A DNA stretch of 61,879 nt from Planctomycetota bacterium (GCA_036273915.1 DASUGR010000223.1:1-61879), one strand, 5' to 3'. Shown: positions 51,958 through 61,757, counted from the first letter of the stretch. Numbers and translations are program-made. The notes: generated by a model not told the origin, from the sequence alone.

Positions 51958-53826
51958 GTGATCCCGGAGGACGACCTCTACCTCTTCAACCACGGCAAGC
52001 TGAAGCGCGCGTGGAGAACGCTCGGCGCGCACGTCGTCGAGGGGGGCGTCCGCTTCGCGCTCTGGGCGCCGAACGCGCGGCGCGTGAGCGTCGTCGGCGA
52101 CTTCAACGGCTGGAACCCGCAGCGGCTCGACCCGCGCGGCTCGACCGGCATCTGGGAAGGCGTCGCGCGCCACGGAAAGCCGGGCGACAAGTACAAGTTC
52201 CAGCTCGTCGACTACGAGGGCAGGAAACGCGAGAAGTCCGACCCGTTCGGGTTCCGCATGGAGATGCGGCCGAAGACCGCGTCCGTCGTCTGCCCGCTCG
52301 AAGGCCACGCGTGGCGGGATGGGGAGTGGGTCCGGGAGAGGGGAAGGACGCAGGCGCCGGACGCCCCGATGCGCATCTACGAGGTGCACCTCGGCTCGTG
52401 GCGGAAGGGGCGTTCCTACCGGGACCTCGCGACCGAGCTCGTCGCGTACGCGAAGGACATGGGTTTCACGCACGTCGAGATGATGCCCGTGATGGAGCAC
52501 CCCTACGACGCCTCGTGGGGGTACCAGGTGTGCGGCTACTACGCGGCGACGAGCCGCTGGGGTTCGCCGCAGGACCTGATGGCGCTCGTCGACGCGTTCC
52601 ACGGGGCGGGGATCGGCGTCCTCGTCGACTGGGTGCCGGCGCACTTCCCGAAGGACGAGCACGGCCTCGCCGCCTTCGACGGCACGCGCCTCTTCGAGCA
52701 CGAGGACCCGCGCCGCGGCCTCCACAAGGACTGGGACACGCTGATCTTCAACTACGGCCGGCCCGAGGTCCGCAACTTCCTCTGCTCGAGCGCGCTCTTC
52801 TGGATCGAGGAGTTCCACTTCGACGGGCTGCGCGTGGACGCGGTCGCGTCGATGCTCTACCGCGACTACTCGCGCGAGGAGGGCGAGTGGATCCCGAACG
52901 AGCGGGGCGGCCGCGAGGACCTCGACGCGATCACGTTCCTCCGCGAGCTCACCGACCTCATCCACGAGGAGGCGCCGGGCGCGGTCGTCGTCGCGGAGGA
53001 GAGCACCGCGTTCCCGGGCGTCACCTCGGCGACGAGGACGGGCGGGCTCGGCTTCGACCTCAAGTGGAACATGGGCTGGATGCACGACAGCCTCGCCTTC
53101 CTCCAGAACGACCCGCTCTACCGCAAGTTCCACCACGACCGGCTCACGTTCGCCCTCTACTACGCCTTCCACGAGAGGTACCTGCTGCCGCTCTCGCACG
53201 ACGAGGTCGTCCACCTGAAGCGGAGCCTCCTCGACAAGATGCCGGGCGACGGTTGGCAGAAGCACGCGAACCTGCGCCTGCTGCACGCGTGGCAGGCGGC
53301 GCACCCCGGGAAGTCGCTCCTCTTCATGGGCGGCGAGATCGGGCAGTGGAAGGAGTGGAACCACGACGCGGAGCTCGAGTGGGCGGTGCTCGGCGACAGC
53401 AAGCACCGGGGCCAGAGCCTCCTCGTTACGGACCTGAACCGGCTCGTCCGCGACCGGAAGGCGCTCCACGAGCTCGACCAGGACTGGCGCGGGTTCGAGT
53501 GGATCGACTTCAGCGACGTGGACCAGAGCGTCATCAGCTTCCTCCGCTGGAGCCGGCAGAAGGAGGAGGGCGTCCTCTGGGCCTTCAACTTCACGCCCGA
53601 GAGCCGCACCGGCTACCGGATCGGCGCGCCGCGGCCGGGCCGCTACGAGGAGATCCTCAACACGGACGCCCAGTGCTACGGCGGCTCCGGCGTCGGCAAC
53701 ATGGGCGGGCTCGCGGCGGGCGACGAGCCCGCGCACGGCCAGCCGCGCTCGCTCCTGCTCACGCTGCCGCCGCTCGCGGCGGTCGCGTTCCAGGTCCCCC
53801 CGGCCCCCCCCGATTCCGAGCCGTAG
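51958..53826 (+). CDS. glgB: 1,4-alpha-glucan branching enzyme (short form)
   Basis: The GH13 conserved regions are present: DWVPAHF, GLRVDAVASM, AEESTAFPGV and LPLSHDEVVH. Confidence 0.92.
   Translation: MIPEDDLYLFNHGKLKRAWRTLGAHVVEGGVRFALWAPNARRVSVVGDFNGWNPQRLDPRGSTGIWEGVARHGKPGDKYKFQLVDYEGRKREKSDPFGFRMEMRPKTASVVCPLEGHAWRDGEWVRERGRTQAPDAPMRIYEVHLGSWRKGRSYRDLATELVAYAKDMGFTHVEMMPVMEHPYDASWGYQVCGYYAATSRWGSPQDLMALVDAFHGAGIGVLVDWVPAHFPKDEHGLAAFDGTRLFEHEDPRRGLHKDWDTLIFNYGRPEVRNFLCSSALFWIEEFHFDGLRVDAVASMLYRDYSREEGEWIPNERGGREDLDAITFLRELTDLIHEEAPGAVVVAEESTAFPGVTSATRTGGLGFDLKWNMGWMHDSLAFLQNDPLYRKFHHDRLTFALYYAFHERYLLPLSHDEVVHLKRSLLDKMPGDGWQKHANLRLLHAWQAAHPGKSLLFMGGEIGQWKEWNHDAELEWAVLGDSKHRGQSLLVTDLNRLVRDRKALHELDQDWRGFEWIDFSDVDQSVISFLRWSRQKEEGVLWAFNFTPESRTGYRIGAPRPGRYEEILNTDAQCYGGSGVGNMGGLAAGDEPAHGQPRSLLLTLPPLAAVAFQVPPAPPDSEP
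53796..53816 (-). repeat. bipartite poly-G element copy (C-strand on +) embedded in the glgB 3' end
   Basis: C6-gg-C8-gattc. Its reverse complement is gaatc-G8-cc-G6. It is translated as VPPAPPDSEP at the glgB C-terminus. Confidence 0.6.
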
Positions 53827-53850
53827 CGGCGGCGCCGACCGCGGGCGCGG

Positions 53851-54546
53851 TCACGCCTCGATCCGGCCGTCGTGCAGCTTCACGTGCCGGTCGCAGCCCT
53901 CGCAGATCTCGAGGTTGTGCGTCACGAGGACGAGCGTCGCCCCCGTGCGCCTTCGCGCGGCGTGCAGCACCTCCATCACCTCGTGGCCGGTCCTGCTGTC
54001 GAGGTTGCCGGTCGGCTCGTCGGCGAGGATCAGCGCGGGCTCGTTCGCGAGCGCGCGCGCGATCGCGACCCGCTGGCGCTCGCCGCCGGAGAGGCCGCGC
54101 ACGTCGGCGTCGGCGCGGTGCCCGAGGCCGACCTCGCCGAGGAGCCGGACCGCGCGCTCGCGGCGCGCGGCGCGCGGCATGCGCGGCACGAGCGGCACCT
54201 CCACGTTCTCGGCGGCGCGGAGGACCGGGATCAGGTTGTGCATCTGGAAGACGAAGCCGATCCGCTCGGCGCGCACGCGCTCCATCGCGCGCGCGGAGTC
54301 GATCCGCGTGCCCTCGAAGTAGACCTCGCCCTCGTCGGGGAGGTCCATGGCGCCCATGAGGTTCAGGAGCGTCGTCTTGCCGGAGCCGCTCGGGCCCGTG
54401 ACGGCGACGAACTCCCCGCGGTGAAGCGCGAGGTCGATGCCGTCGAGCGCGTGCACGCGCCCCCCCTCGAAGAGGCGGCGCACGCGGCGCAGCTCGACGA
54501 GCGGCCCCCCTGCCCCCGAACCCCCTCCGCCTCCACCCTCACTCAT
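53851..54546 (-). CDS. ABC transporter ATP-binding protein (LolD/MacB/FtsE-like)
   Basis: Walker A GPSGSGKTT, signature LSGGERQR, Walker B LILADEPTGNLD. The N-terminus is glycine-rich, MSEGGGGGGSGAGG. Confidence 0.9.
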   Translation of the reverse strand: MSEGGGGGGSGAGGPLVELRRVRRLFEGGRVHALDGIDLALHRGEFVAVTGPSGSGKTTLLNLMGAMDLPDEGEVYFEGTRIDSARAMERVRAERIGFVFQMHNLIPVLRAAENVEVPLVPRMPRAARRERAVRLLGEVGLGHRADADVRGLSGGERQRVAIARALANEPALILADEPTGNLDSRTGHEVMEVLHAARRRTGATLVLVTHNLEICEGCDRHVKLHDGRIEA

Positions 54547-55666
54547 AGCGCAGCGCCTCGACCGGCCTCAGGCTGGCCGCGTGGTACGCCGGGTAGAGCG
54601 CCGCGCTCACCCCGACGAGCACGGCCACGAGCGCGCCCTTCACGAAGGTCATGGGGAGGTAGGTCGCCACGAGGTAGGCGCGGTCCCAGAGCGCGATCAG
54701 GACCTCGGTGCCGGCGACCCCGAGCAGCAGGCCGAACGCGCCGCCGACGCTGGAGAGGAGGAGCCCCTCGCCGAGCACGGTACCGAGCACGCGGCGCCGC
54801 GACCAGCCCAGCGCGCGTAGCATCCCGATCTCGCGCGTGCGCTCCGAGACGCTCATCATCATCGTGTTGAGGACGCCGAGAACGCCGATCACGACCGCGA
54901 TCAGCGTGACGAGGCCGATGAACTCGTCGATGATCTCGAGCTGGTCGGCGAACTGGCTCGTGAAGTCGCGCGGCGGGATGGCCCGGAGGTGCGGGAGCTC
55001 GGTCTCGATCGCATTCCGGACGCGGTCCACGGCGTCGTCGGCCGCGTAGACGAAGAGGAGCGTGTAGCTGTCGCTCCGGCCGAGTTGCCTGCCGAGGACG
55101 TCGGCGTGGATGACGATGCCGCCGTTCTCCCACGGCACGTCGGAATCGAAGATGCCGACGACCTCGTACTCGCTGCCGTAGATGGTGACCTTGGACCCGA
55201 GGGCCCAGCCGAGCATGCCGGCGACCATGCGGCTCGCGAGGATCTCGGTCGGCTTCTCGAAGAGACGACCCTCCTTGAGGAAGCGGCCGTACTTGTTCAT
55301 GATCCGCTCGTCCGGGTAGCGTCCGAAGAGGAAGACGGCGGGGAGCGCGGGGGGCTTGTCGCCGGTCTTCGGCGGGCGGTAGGCGGAGAAGTGGACGCGC
55401 GACACCGCATCGACGCCCTTGATCGCGCGGATTCTCGCGACGTCGTCGAACGTCACCTTGCTGAAGACGAGGTCGGCCGCCTCGCCGCTGAAGACGATGA
55501 TCGAGGCGCCGCTCGCCTCCATGTAGTGGTCGAGGCTGCCGCGAAGCCCCTCGGAGACGGAGATCAGCGCGACGACGCCGGCGACGGCGACGGAGACCCC
55601 GAGCATGGAGAGCCCGGTGCGAATCTTCCGCTGGAACAGATTCCGAAGTACGTACAGACTCCGCAT
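54539..55666 (-). CDS. ABC transporter permease, FtsX/MacB-type
   Basis: 375 aa. N-terminal TM segment, a periplasmic MacB_PCD-like domain, then three C-terminal TM segments with EIGMLRALGW. Overlaps the ATPase gene by 8 nt. Confidence 0.85.
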   Translation of the reverse strand: MRSLYVLRNLFQRKIRTGLSMLGVSVAVAGVVALISVSEGLRGSLDHYMEASGASIIVFSGEAADLVFSKVTFDDVARIRAIKGVDAVSRVHFSAYRPPKTGDKPPALPAVFLFGRYPDERIMNKYGRFLKEGRLFEKPTEILASRMVAGMLGWALGSKVTIYGSEYEVVGIFDSDVPWENGGIVIHADVLGRQLGRSDSYTLLFVYAADDAVDRVRNAIETELPHLRAIPPRDFTSQFADQLEIIDEFIGLVTLIAVVIGVLGVLNTMMMSVSERTREIGMLRALGWSRRRVLGTVLGEGLLLSSVGGAFGLLLGVAGTEVLIALWDRAYLVATYLPMTFVKGALVAVLVGVSAALYPAYHAASLRPVEALRYE

Positions 55667-55772
55667 GGTACTCGGTACCGAGAGCGGCGCGCATATCCCT
55701 AGACTTGGCCATCAGTTACGACGGCGAGACCCGGACATTGGGGTCCGGGTTTTTGCCCGGGGGAAGGGGTCC

Positions 55773-56831
55773 CTACTTCGAGGCCGCGGCGATCTCCTTG
55801 CGGAGCGTGTCGACGTCCTTGCCGAGGACCGCGGCCACGGCGGCGAGCGTCTCGTCGTCGTTGGCGATGCTCTCGAGGGGGTGCGCGAGGCGCGCCTCGC
55901 CTTTCGGCGACACGCGGATCGCGTCCACGAGCGCGACGAAGCCGGCCTTCTGCAACCCGAGCCTCGCGTGGATGCGCGTCTCGAGATCGGGGTCGACCAG
56001 CGCGCGCACGAGCGCGGCCGCGGCGGGCCGCGCGCCCTCGCCGAACACCGAGATGCGGCGGATCGCGGCGCGACGCACGAACGCCTCGCGGTCCTCGATC
56101 GCCGCGACGAGGTAGGCAAGGCATTCCTTCGGCAGCTGATCGCACGCGAGCGCGCGGCGCTTGGGATCCGTGTCGAAGAGAGCCACGAGCGTGTCCGCGC
56201 AAGGCTCCAGCTCGCGAAGGCGGCGGCGGGCGTCGCCGGCGAACCCGTGCTTGTCCGTGCGCGCCTCTCTCGCGAGCCAGCGGACGGCGTCGAGGCGGCT
56301 GAGGCGGACGAGGCAGAGGAGAAGCGCGTCGCGGTCGCCGGCGCCCTGGTCGAGCGCGATCACGAGCGGACCGACGACCTTCCGGTCCTGAAGCCCGATC
56401 CGGCAGAGCGCGATCGCGGCCTCCCGGCTCACCAGCGGGTCTTCGTCGGCAAGGAGGGAGACGAGCAGGTCCACGGCCGCGGCCGCCGCCCCGCCCATCT
56501 TGCCGAGCGCGATGCACGCCTCCCACCGCGCGTGCCAGTCGTCGCTCCGCGCGGAGGCCGTGAGCACGGCGAACACGCCCCCGTCGCCCTCGCCGCGCCG
56601 CGCGAGCGTGCACGCGGCCGCGTGGCGGACGTCCGGGGACGGGTCCGAGAGCGCCTTGCGGAGCGCAGCCGACACGGGCCCGTCGCCGAGCGACGCGAGC
56701 GCCTTCGCGGCGGTGGCGCGTTGCCTCGGCTCGCGGCTCTCCAGTCGCACGAGGAGCGCCCGCACGTCCGCGTCCTCCTGCGCCGCGACCACCGGGGCGA
56801 AGGCCAACAGCACGATCGCCACCAGGCGCAT
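55773..56831 (-). CDS. secreted HEAT-repeat protein
   Basis: Signal peptide MRLVAIVLLAFAPVVAAQ. Repeated D..VR.AA..AL HEAT-type units (DPSPDVRHAAACTLA, DEDPLVSREAAIALC). Confidence 0.7.
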   Translation of the reverse strand: MRLVAIVLLAFAPVVAAQEDADVRALLVRLESREPRQRATAAKALASLGDGPVSAALRKALSDPSPDVRHAAACTLARRGEGDGGVFAVLTASARSDDWHARWEACIALGKMGGAAAAAVDLLVSLLADEDPLVSREAAIALCRIGLQDRKVVGPLVIALDQGAGDRDALLLCLVRLSRLDAVRWLAREARTDKHGFAGDARRRLRELEPCADTLVALFDTDPKRRALACDQLPKECLAYLVAAIEDREAFVRRAAIRRISVFGEGARPAAAALVRALVDPDLETRIHARLGLQKAGFVALVDAIRVSPKGEARLAHPLESIANDDETLAAVAAVLGKDVDTLRKEIAAASK

Positions 56832-56871
56832 GATCCAAGTCTAGCGCCCGCGCGGCCCGCCCGCGCGGGCG

Positions 56872-56893
56872 GAATGAGGGGGGGGCCGGGGGG
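56872..56893 (+). repeat. bipartite poly-G element copy (G-strand on +)
   Basis: gaatga-G8-cc-G6 in the gap between 56831 and 56905. It closely mirrors the copy at 10251. Confidence 0.6.
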
Positions 56894-56904
56894 CAGCCTC
56901 CGCC

Positions 56905-57669
56905 TCACGCGAACCGCGAGCCGGACTGGTACCGCCGGAGCCCGAACCGGAACACCGCCACCGCGATCCCCGCGTACGCGACCGCCGCTCCCGCGACCGC
57001 GAGGAGCGTCCCCCACGAGAAGCGGTGCAAGAGGTCCACCGGCAGGTAGCCGATGAACCCCGCCGGCAGCGCCGTGAAGAGCAGCAGCTTCAGCCACCCG
57101 CCGAAGATCGTGCTCGGGTAGAGGCTGAAGAGGAGCAGGAAGTGCACGGCCTGCCGGCTCACCACGGTCGTGTCGCCGAGCCAGAAGGCGACGCTGTGGA
57201 AGAGGACCATCGACGCGAGGAAGATCACCGCGCCGGAGACCGCGGTCACGAGGCAGATCGGGATCCCGGCGGGCGTCAGGTGCCCGCCGACGCCGAGGAG
57301 CACGATGCCGGTGAAGAGGTCGCCCCAGCCCGACGCCTCGCTTTTCGACCCGACGCACTGGAGCAGCACGTCCTTCGGCTGCGTCAGGAGCGCGTCGAGG
57401 CCGCCCTCGTGGATCCGCCGCGCGAGGTCGTTCACGCCGTGGCCGAGCACGACCGCGAGGCCGAACGCCGTGGCGCAGACGCCGTAGATCGAGAGCGTGT
57501 CCGCCGCCCGCCACCCGCGCACGCTGTCGTACCTGAGGAAGAAGAGCAGCCAGATCGCGAGCATGATGCCGTTGTTGAGCGCCATGAACACGGCACGCGC
57601 CCAGAACGCCCCCCGCTGCGCCAGGGACGCCTTCAGGTTGGTGAGGAGGAGCGCGCGCAGGTGCCTCAT
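56905..57669 (-). CDS. ABC-2 family transporter permease (COG3694/COG4587-type)
   Basis: ATG 57669 overlaps the upstream stop (ATGA). Begins MRHLRALLLTNLKASLAQRGAFW. Six hydrophobic segments. Confidence 0.7.
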   Translation of the reverse strand: MRHLRALLLTNLKASLAQRGAFWARAVFMALNNGIMLAIWLLFFLRYDSVRGWRAADTLSIYGVCATAFGLAVVLGHGVNDLARRIHEGGLDALLTQPKDVLLQCVGSKSEASGWGDLFTGIVLLGVGGHLTPAGIPICLVTAVSGAVIFLASMVLFHSVAFWLGDTTVVSRQAVHFLLLFSLYPSTIFGGWLKLLLFTALPAGFIGYLPVDLLHRFSWGTLLAVAGAAVAYAGIAVAVFRFGLRRYQSGSRFA

Positions 57670-58412
57670 CCGCCGTTCACGTCCATGATCGCGAGGGCGC
57701 GGCGGTAGAGCCACGCCACGAACACCGCGAGAGCGGCGCCCCAGAAGAGGAGCAGCGCCGCGGTCCGCGCGGCGAGCGCCGGGTCCGGGTCGAACATGAG
57801 CCTCGCCCAGCCGTGCAGGAGCGGCGCGAACGGCGTGGCGTAGGCCGCGCGCTGCAGCCATTGCGGGTACACGTCGATCGGGAACATCAGCCCGCCGAGC
57901 ACGAAGAGGAGCTTCTGCCAGATCCAGAAGAGCGGCGCCGTGTCGCCGATCCAGAAGGCGGAGAGCCCGATCGCCGCCTGCGAGAGCACGAGGATGGAGA
58001 AGGCAAGGGTTCCGAGGGGAAGGGAGAGGAGGAGACCCCTTGGCGGCGGAGTGCCGGTGAGCAGCCACGCCGCAAGGCCCCCGAGCCCCCCCAGTATCAG
58101 CAGCCGGACGAGCCCGTTGCCGAGCCCTTCGGCGATCTTCACGTGGAGATACGAGACCGGCCGGGCGATCGCGTAGGCCACGTCCCCGCGGCGCACGTCC
58201 TCCTCGATGTCGACGGAGAGGAGCGGCATCGAGAGCACGATCCACTCGGTCAGCGCGATGTACCAGACGTACGAGCCGCCGGCGCCGAGCGCCTGCCATA
58301 GTCGGGCGAAGATCAGGAGGATGGCGATGTAGAAGACGCCGCGGAAGAGCACCTCGCCCCGCTGGTGGAGCGCGTGGCGCGCCGCGAGCGCCACGATGGC
58401 GACCTGTTTCAT
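57666..58412 (-). CDS. ABC-2 family transporter permease (second subunit)
   Basis: ATG 58412 overlaps the ATPase stop (ATGA). Begins MKQVAIVALAARHALHQRGEVLF. Multi-pass membrane protein. Confidence 0.7.
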   Translation of the reverse strand: MKQVAIVALAARHALHQRGEVLFRGVFYIAILLIFARLWQALGAGGSYVWYIALTEWIVLSMPLLSVDIEEDVRRGDVAYAIARPVSYLHVKIAEGLGNGLVRLLILGGLGGLAAWLLTGTPPPRGLLLSLPLGTLAFSILVLSQAAIGLSAFWIGDTAPLFWIWQKLLFVLGGLMFPIDVYPQWLQRAAYATPFAPLLHGWARLMFDPDPALAARTAALLLFWGAALAVFVAWLYRRALAIMDVNGG

Positions 58413-59389
58413 GCGCTCGCGTAGATCGCCTGGACGATCTCCTCCATCGGCGGGTCCTCGACGGTGAGGTCGCGGAGCCGCGATGCCTTGAGCGCCGCCT
58501 CTACGACGGCCTCGATGGGCGTCTGCTCGACGTCCACCTCGAGGACGGTCCTGTGCGAGGCCTCTTCGACGACGGTCACGCCCGGCAGCGCGATCGCGAT
58601 CCTCTCCTCGGCGGTGAGCAGCGTCACCACCTTGCGGCGGATGTAGGTCCCGCGCAGGTCGGCGATCGGCTTGTCGAGCAGCAGGCGGCCGTTGTGGATC
58701 ACGAGCACGCGGTCGCACACGCGCTCCATGTCGCCCGTGTCGTGCGAGGTGAGAAGCACGGTGTTCCCGTCGCGCCGCGAGGTGTCGCGGACGAGGTCGC
58801 GGATCACGGCCTTCGCCGTCACGTCGAGGCCGATCGTGGGCTCGTCGAGGAAGAGGACCTGCGGCGCGTGCAGGAGGCTCGCGACGATCTCGCAGCGCAT
58901 GCGCTCGCCGAGCGAGAGCTGGCGCACGGGCGTCTCGAGCAGCTTCCCCACGCCGAACGCGTCGACGAGCTCGCCGAGGCGGTGACGGTGCGTCGCCTCG
59001 TCCTGGTCGTAGACGCGCGCGAGGAGCGCGAACGTGTCCTTCGCCGGCAGGTGGTACCAGAGCTGCGTGCGCTGGCCGAAGACGGCGCCGATCCGGTAGG
59101 CGAGCCGCTTGCGGTCGCCCCACGGGACGAGGCCGAGGACGCGCGCGGTCCCCGCCGTCGGGTGGAGGATCCCCGCGAGCATCTTGATCGTCGTGGACTT
59201 CCCGGCGCCGTTGGGCCCGACGAACGCGACGCGCTCGCCCGGCTCGATCGTGAACGAGACGCCGTCCACGGCGGCGACGTCCCGCGTGGGCGGGTTCACG
59301 AGGTAGCGCAGCGTGCCGCGGAGGCCCTTCGGCCGCTCGCGCACGCGGAACACCTTCCGGAGGTTCGAGATCTCGATCGCCGGGGACAC
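58409..59389 (-). CDS. ABC transporter ATP-binding protein (COG4586-type)
   Basis: Walker A GPNGAGKST, signature LSLGERMR, Walker B LFLDEPTIGLD. It heads a 3-gene ATPase plus two permeases operon. Confidence 0.9.
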   Translation of the reverse strand: MSPAIEISNLRKVFRVRERPKGLRGTLRYLVNPPTRDVAAVDGVSFTIEPGERVAFVGPNGAGKSTTIKMLAGILHPTAGTARVLGLVPWGDRKRLAYRIGAVFGQRTQLWYHLPAKDTFALLARVYDQDEATHRHRLGELVDAFGVGKLLETPVRQLSLGERMRCEIVASLLHAPQVLFLDEPTIGLDVTAKAVIRDLVRDTSRRDGNTVLLTSHDTGDMERVCDRVLVIHNGRLLLDKPIADLRGTYIRRKVVTLLTAEERIAIALPGVTVVEEASHRTVLEVDVEQTPIEAVVEAALKASRLRDLTVEDPPMEEIVQAIYASA

Positions 59390-59513
59390 GATCCCCCTAT
59401 AACCGGCGAGGGGGCCACCGGTTCGCGCGACGCCGCGCCAAACACCTCAATCCTGCGGACCGCGATGCCGCATCGGGACGCCGCAACCCCATGCCTCGCG
59501 CGGGCTTGCGTCG

Positions 59514-59990
59514 TCAGAATGGCGCAATGGTTGCGCTCGCGCTCGGCCACGGCACCTTGCGCACGAGCTTCACGAGGCGCGAGGCCGTGACCGTGTCGAC
59601 GACCTCCGCCTCGTACGCGACCGCGCCGGGCATCACGTCCACGAGGACCACCTGCATCCGCAGCGCGCCCGGCCCGCCCCGCGGCACGACCTTCCAGCGC
59701 GGCGCCGCGCCGGCGACGAGCGCCGCCTGCAGCTCCTCGGCGGTCTTGCGGATCGCCTGGTCCCCGAGCCCCTTCGCGGACGACCCGTCCGCGAGCCGGA
59801 TCAGCACGGGCTCGACCACGAGCTTGTCGTAGACCCGGAAGTCCGCGCCCGGGTGCCGCCACTCCCACAGGTCCGGGTCCGAGGCGCTCTGCCTCAGGTC
59901 GGAATAGTCGCCGAGGTAGCCGGACGCGTAGGGCGGCCGGCTCGCGCAGGCGGCGACAGCCAGGACGAGGACGAGAAGGGCGCGGCACAT
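59514..59990 (-). CDS. lipoprotein, DUF3313-like
   Basis: Lipobox LVLAVAACAS followed by GYLGDYSDL, typical of DUF3313 lipoproteins. Confidence 0.65.
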   Translation of the reverse strand: MCRALLVLVLAVAACASRPPYASGYLGDYSDLRQSASDPDLWEWRHPGADFRVYDKLVVEPVLIRLADGSSAKGLGDQAIRKTAEELQAALVAGAAPRWKVVPRGGPGALRMQVVLVDVMPGAVAYEAEVVDTVTASRLVKLVRKVPWPSASATIAPF

Positions 59991-60132
59991 GCGACCCGCA
60001 CGTTACCCCCCGCCGGGGACCTGCCGGGCCCCTGCCCCCGCACCCCCCGAGCCTCCTTCCGCGGAAAACGACGCGAAGACGCCGCCGCCCGCCCCTTGCC
60101 GTCGCGGCACGGCCGTTGCGAATGCCCCAAGG

Positions 60133-61458
60133 ATGCCCGAGCGGATCCGAGTCGTCATCATGGGCGCGGGCGGCCGCGACTTCCACGTATTCAACACGTG
60201 CTACCGCGACGACCCGACGCACGAGGTCGTTGCCTTCACGGCCGCGCAGATCCCCGGGATCGAGCACCGCGTCTACCCGCCGGAGCTCGCCGGCCCGCTC
60301 TACCCGCAGGGCGTCCGCGTCTTCCCCGAGGCGGATCTCGAGCGGCTCGTCCGCGAGGACCGCGTGAAGGAGGTCGTGTTCGCGTACAGCGACGTGCACA
60401 TGGACCACCTCGAGCGGCTCGGGCGGCACGTGCGGACGCTCGGCGCGGCGTTCGCGCCGTTCGATCCCGACCGCACGATGCTCCGCTCGCGCCACCCGTG
60501 CGTCGCGGTGTGCGCGGTGCGGACGGGCTGCGGGAAGAGCGCGGTGTCGCGCCACGTGGTCGCGGCGCTGAAGGCGGTCGGCCGGCACCCCGTCGTGCTG
60601 CGCCACCCGATGCCGTATGGCGACCTGCGGCGCCAGGGCGTGCAGCGGTTCGCGCTCCTCGAGGACCTCGCGCGGAACGACTGCACGATCGAGGAGATGG
60701 AGGAGTACGAGCCGCACATCCTCGCCGGCAACGTCGTCTTCGCGGGCGCGGACTACGCGCGGATCCTCGAGGCGGCGGAGCAGGAGGGCGACATCGTCGT
60801 GTGGGACGGCGGCAACAACGACACGCCGTTCGTGAAGCCCGACCTCCACATCACGCTGGTCGATCCGCTGCGCCCGGGCCACGAGCTCACCTACTTCCCG
60901 GGCCGCTGGAACCTCGAGCGCGCCGACGTCGTCGTCATCGCGAAGAGCGGCGAGGCGCGGCCCGGCGACGTGGAGACGGTCATGGGCAACGTCGCGCGCG
61001 TGAACCCGCGCGCCACGATCGTGCGCGGGCGGTCGCCGGTCGTGCTGAGCGACGCGGGGGGGGTCCGGGGGCGGCGGGCGCTCGTGATCGAGGACGGCCC
61101 GACGGCGACACACGGCGGGATGGGGTACGGTGCGGGCCTCGTGGCGGCGCGGCGCGCGGGCGCCTTGGAGATCGTGGACCCGCGCCCGTTCGCGAAGGGG
61201 CTCATCGCGGAGGCGTTCCGGGACTACCCGCACCTCCGCGACGTGCTGCCGGCGCTCGGCTACGGCGAGGCGGAGTTGAGAGACCTCGAGGCGACGATCG
61301 AGGCCGCGGACTGCGACGTGGTGGTCGTGGGGACGCCGATCGACCTGTCGCGCGTGATCAAGATCCGGAAGCCGGTGATGCGCGCGACCTACCGGTACGA
61401 GTCGGCGTCGGAGCCCGGCCTCGCGGAGATCCTCGGGGACCGTTTCGCGGTCGGCTGA
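60133..61458 (+). CDS. COG2403-type P-loop protein (cyclic 2,3-diphosphoglycerate synthetase-like / predicted GTPase)
   Basis: ATG 60133. Contains RVVIMGAGGRDFHVFN, and P-loop VRTGCGKSAVS. The overall layout matches the cDPG-synthetase-like family. Confidence 0.75.
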   Translation: MPERIRVVIMGAGGRDFHVFNTCYRDDPTHEVVAFTAAQIPGIEHRVYPPELAGPLYPQGVRVFPEADLERLVREDRVKEVVFAYSDVHMDHLERLGRHVRTLGAAFAPFDPDRTMLRSRHPCVAVCAVRTGCGKSAVSRHVVAALKAVGRHPVVLRHPMPYGDLRRQGVQRFALLEDLARNDCTIEEMEEYEPHILAGNVVFAGADYARILEAAEQEGDIVVWDGGNNDTPFVKPDLHITLVDPLRPGHELTYFPGRWNLERADVVVIAKSGEARPGDVETVMGNVARVNPRATIVRGRSPVVLSDAGGVRGRRALVIEDGPTATHGGMGYGAGLVAARRAGALEIVDPRPFAKGLIAEAFRDYPHLRDVLPALGYGEAELRDLEATIEAADCDVVVVGTPIDLSRVIKIRKPVMRATYRYESASEPGLAEILGDRFAVG

Positions 61459-61757
61459 GCGCCCGCGAACCCGCGGTCGTGCACCGCGTAGGCCACGGGC
61501 TCATGTGGCGAACGTGATCGTCCGGAGATCCGGCCCCGCCTCGCCGTGCCCAGGCCGATCCGCGACCACGCACACCGCCGGCCATGGGCGCGCGAAACGA
61601 ACCAGGTTCGTTCCGGCAATGCAATCACAACGGCAGACTCCGTGTCGACGCGACCGAGGAACTCCCCGGCACGACCCACGAGCTTCACCCTTGCGATGGG
61701 AAAGGGTCCGACGAGAGCGCGGTGTTCGGGGTGCCCTCGCGAACCTAAGTCACGCAT
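61389..61757 (-). CDS. possible small ORF with perfect Shine-Dalgarno; 3' half looks non-coding (possible frameshift or pseudogene)
   Basis: taaggaggcttggATG at 61757. The first ~55 aa are protein-like, and the remainder is Arg-rich and overlaps the convergent gene by 70 nt. An alternative frame would stop at 61501. Confidence 0.3.
   Translation of the reverse strand: MRDLGSRGHPEHRALVGPFPIARVKLVGRAGEFLGRVDTESAVVIALPERTWFVSRAHGRRCAWSRIGLGTARRGRISGRSRSPHEPVAYAVHDRGFAGAQPTAKRSPRISARPGSDADSYR

Noticed and set aside
38624-53826. glgC and glgB considered as a split glycogen operon forming a 'system' with the genes between them
   Set aside because: They are 12 kb apart, separated by oppositely oriented and functionally unrelated genes, and no glgA or glgP is present. 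Dispersed glg genes are common, so nothing unusual can be claimed.
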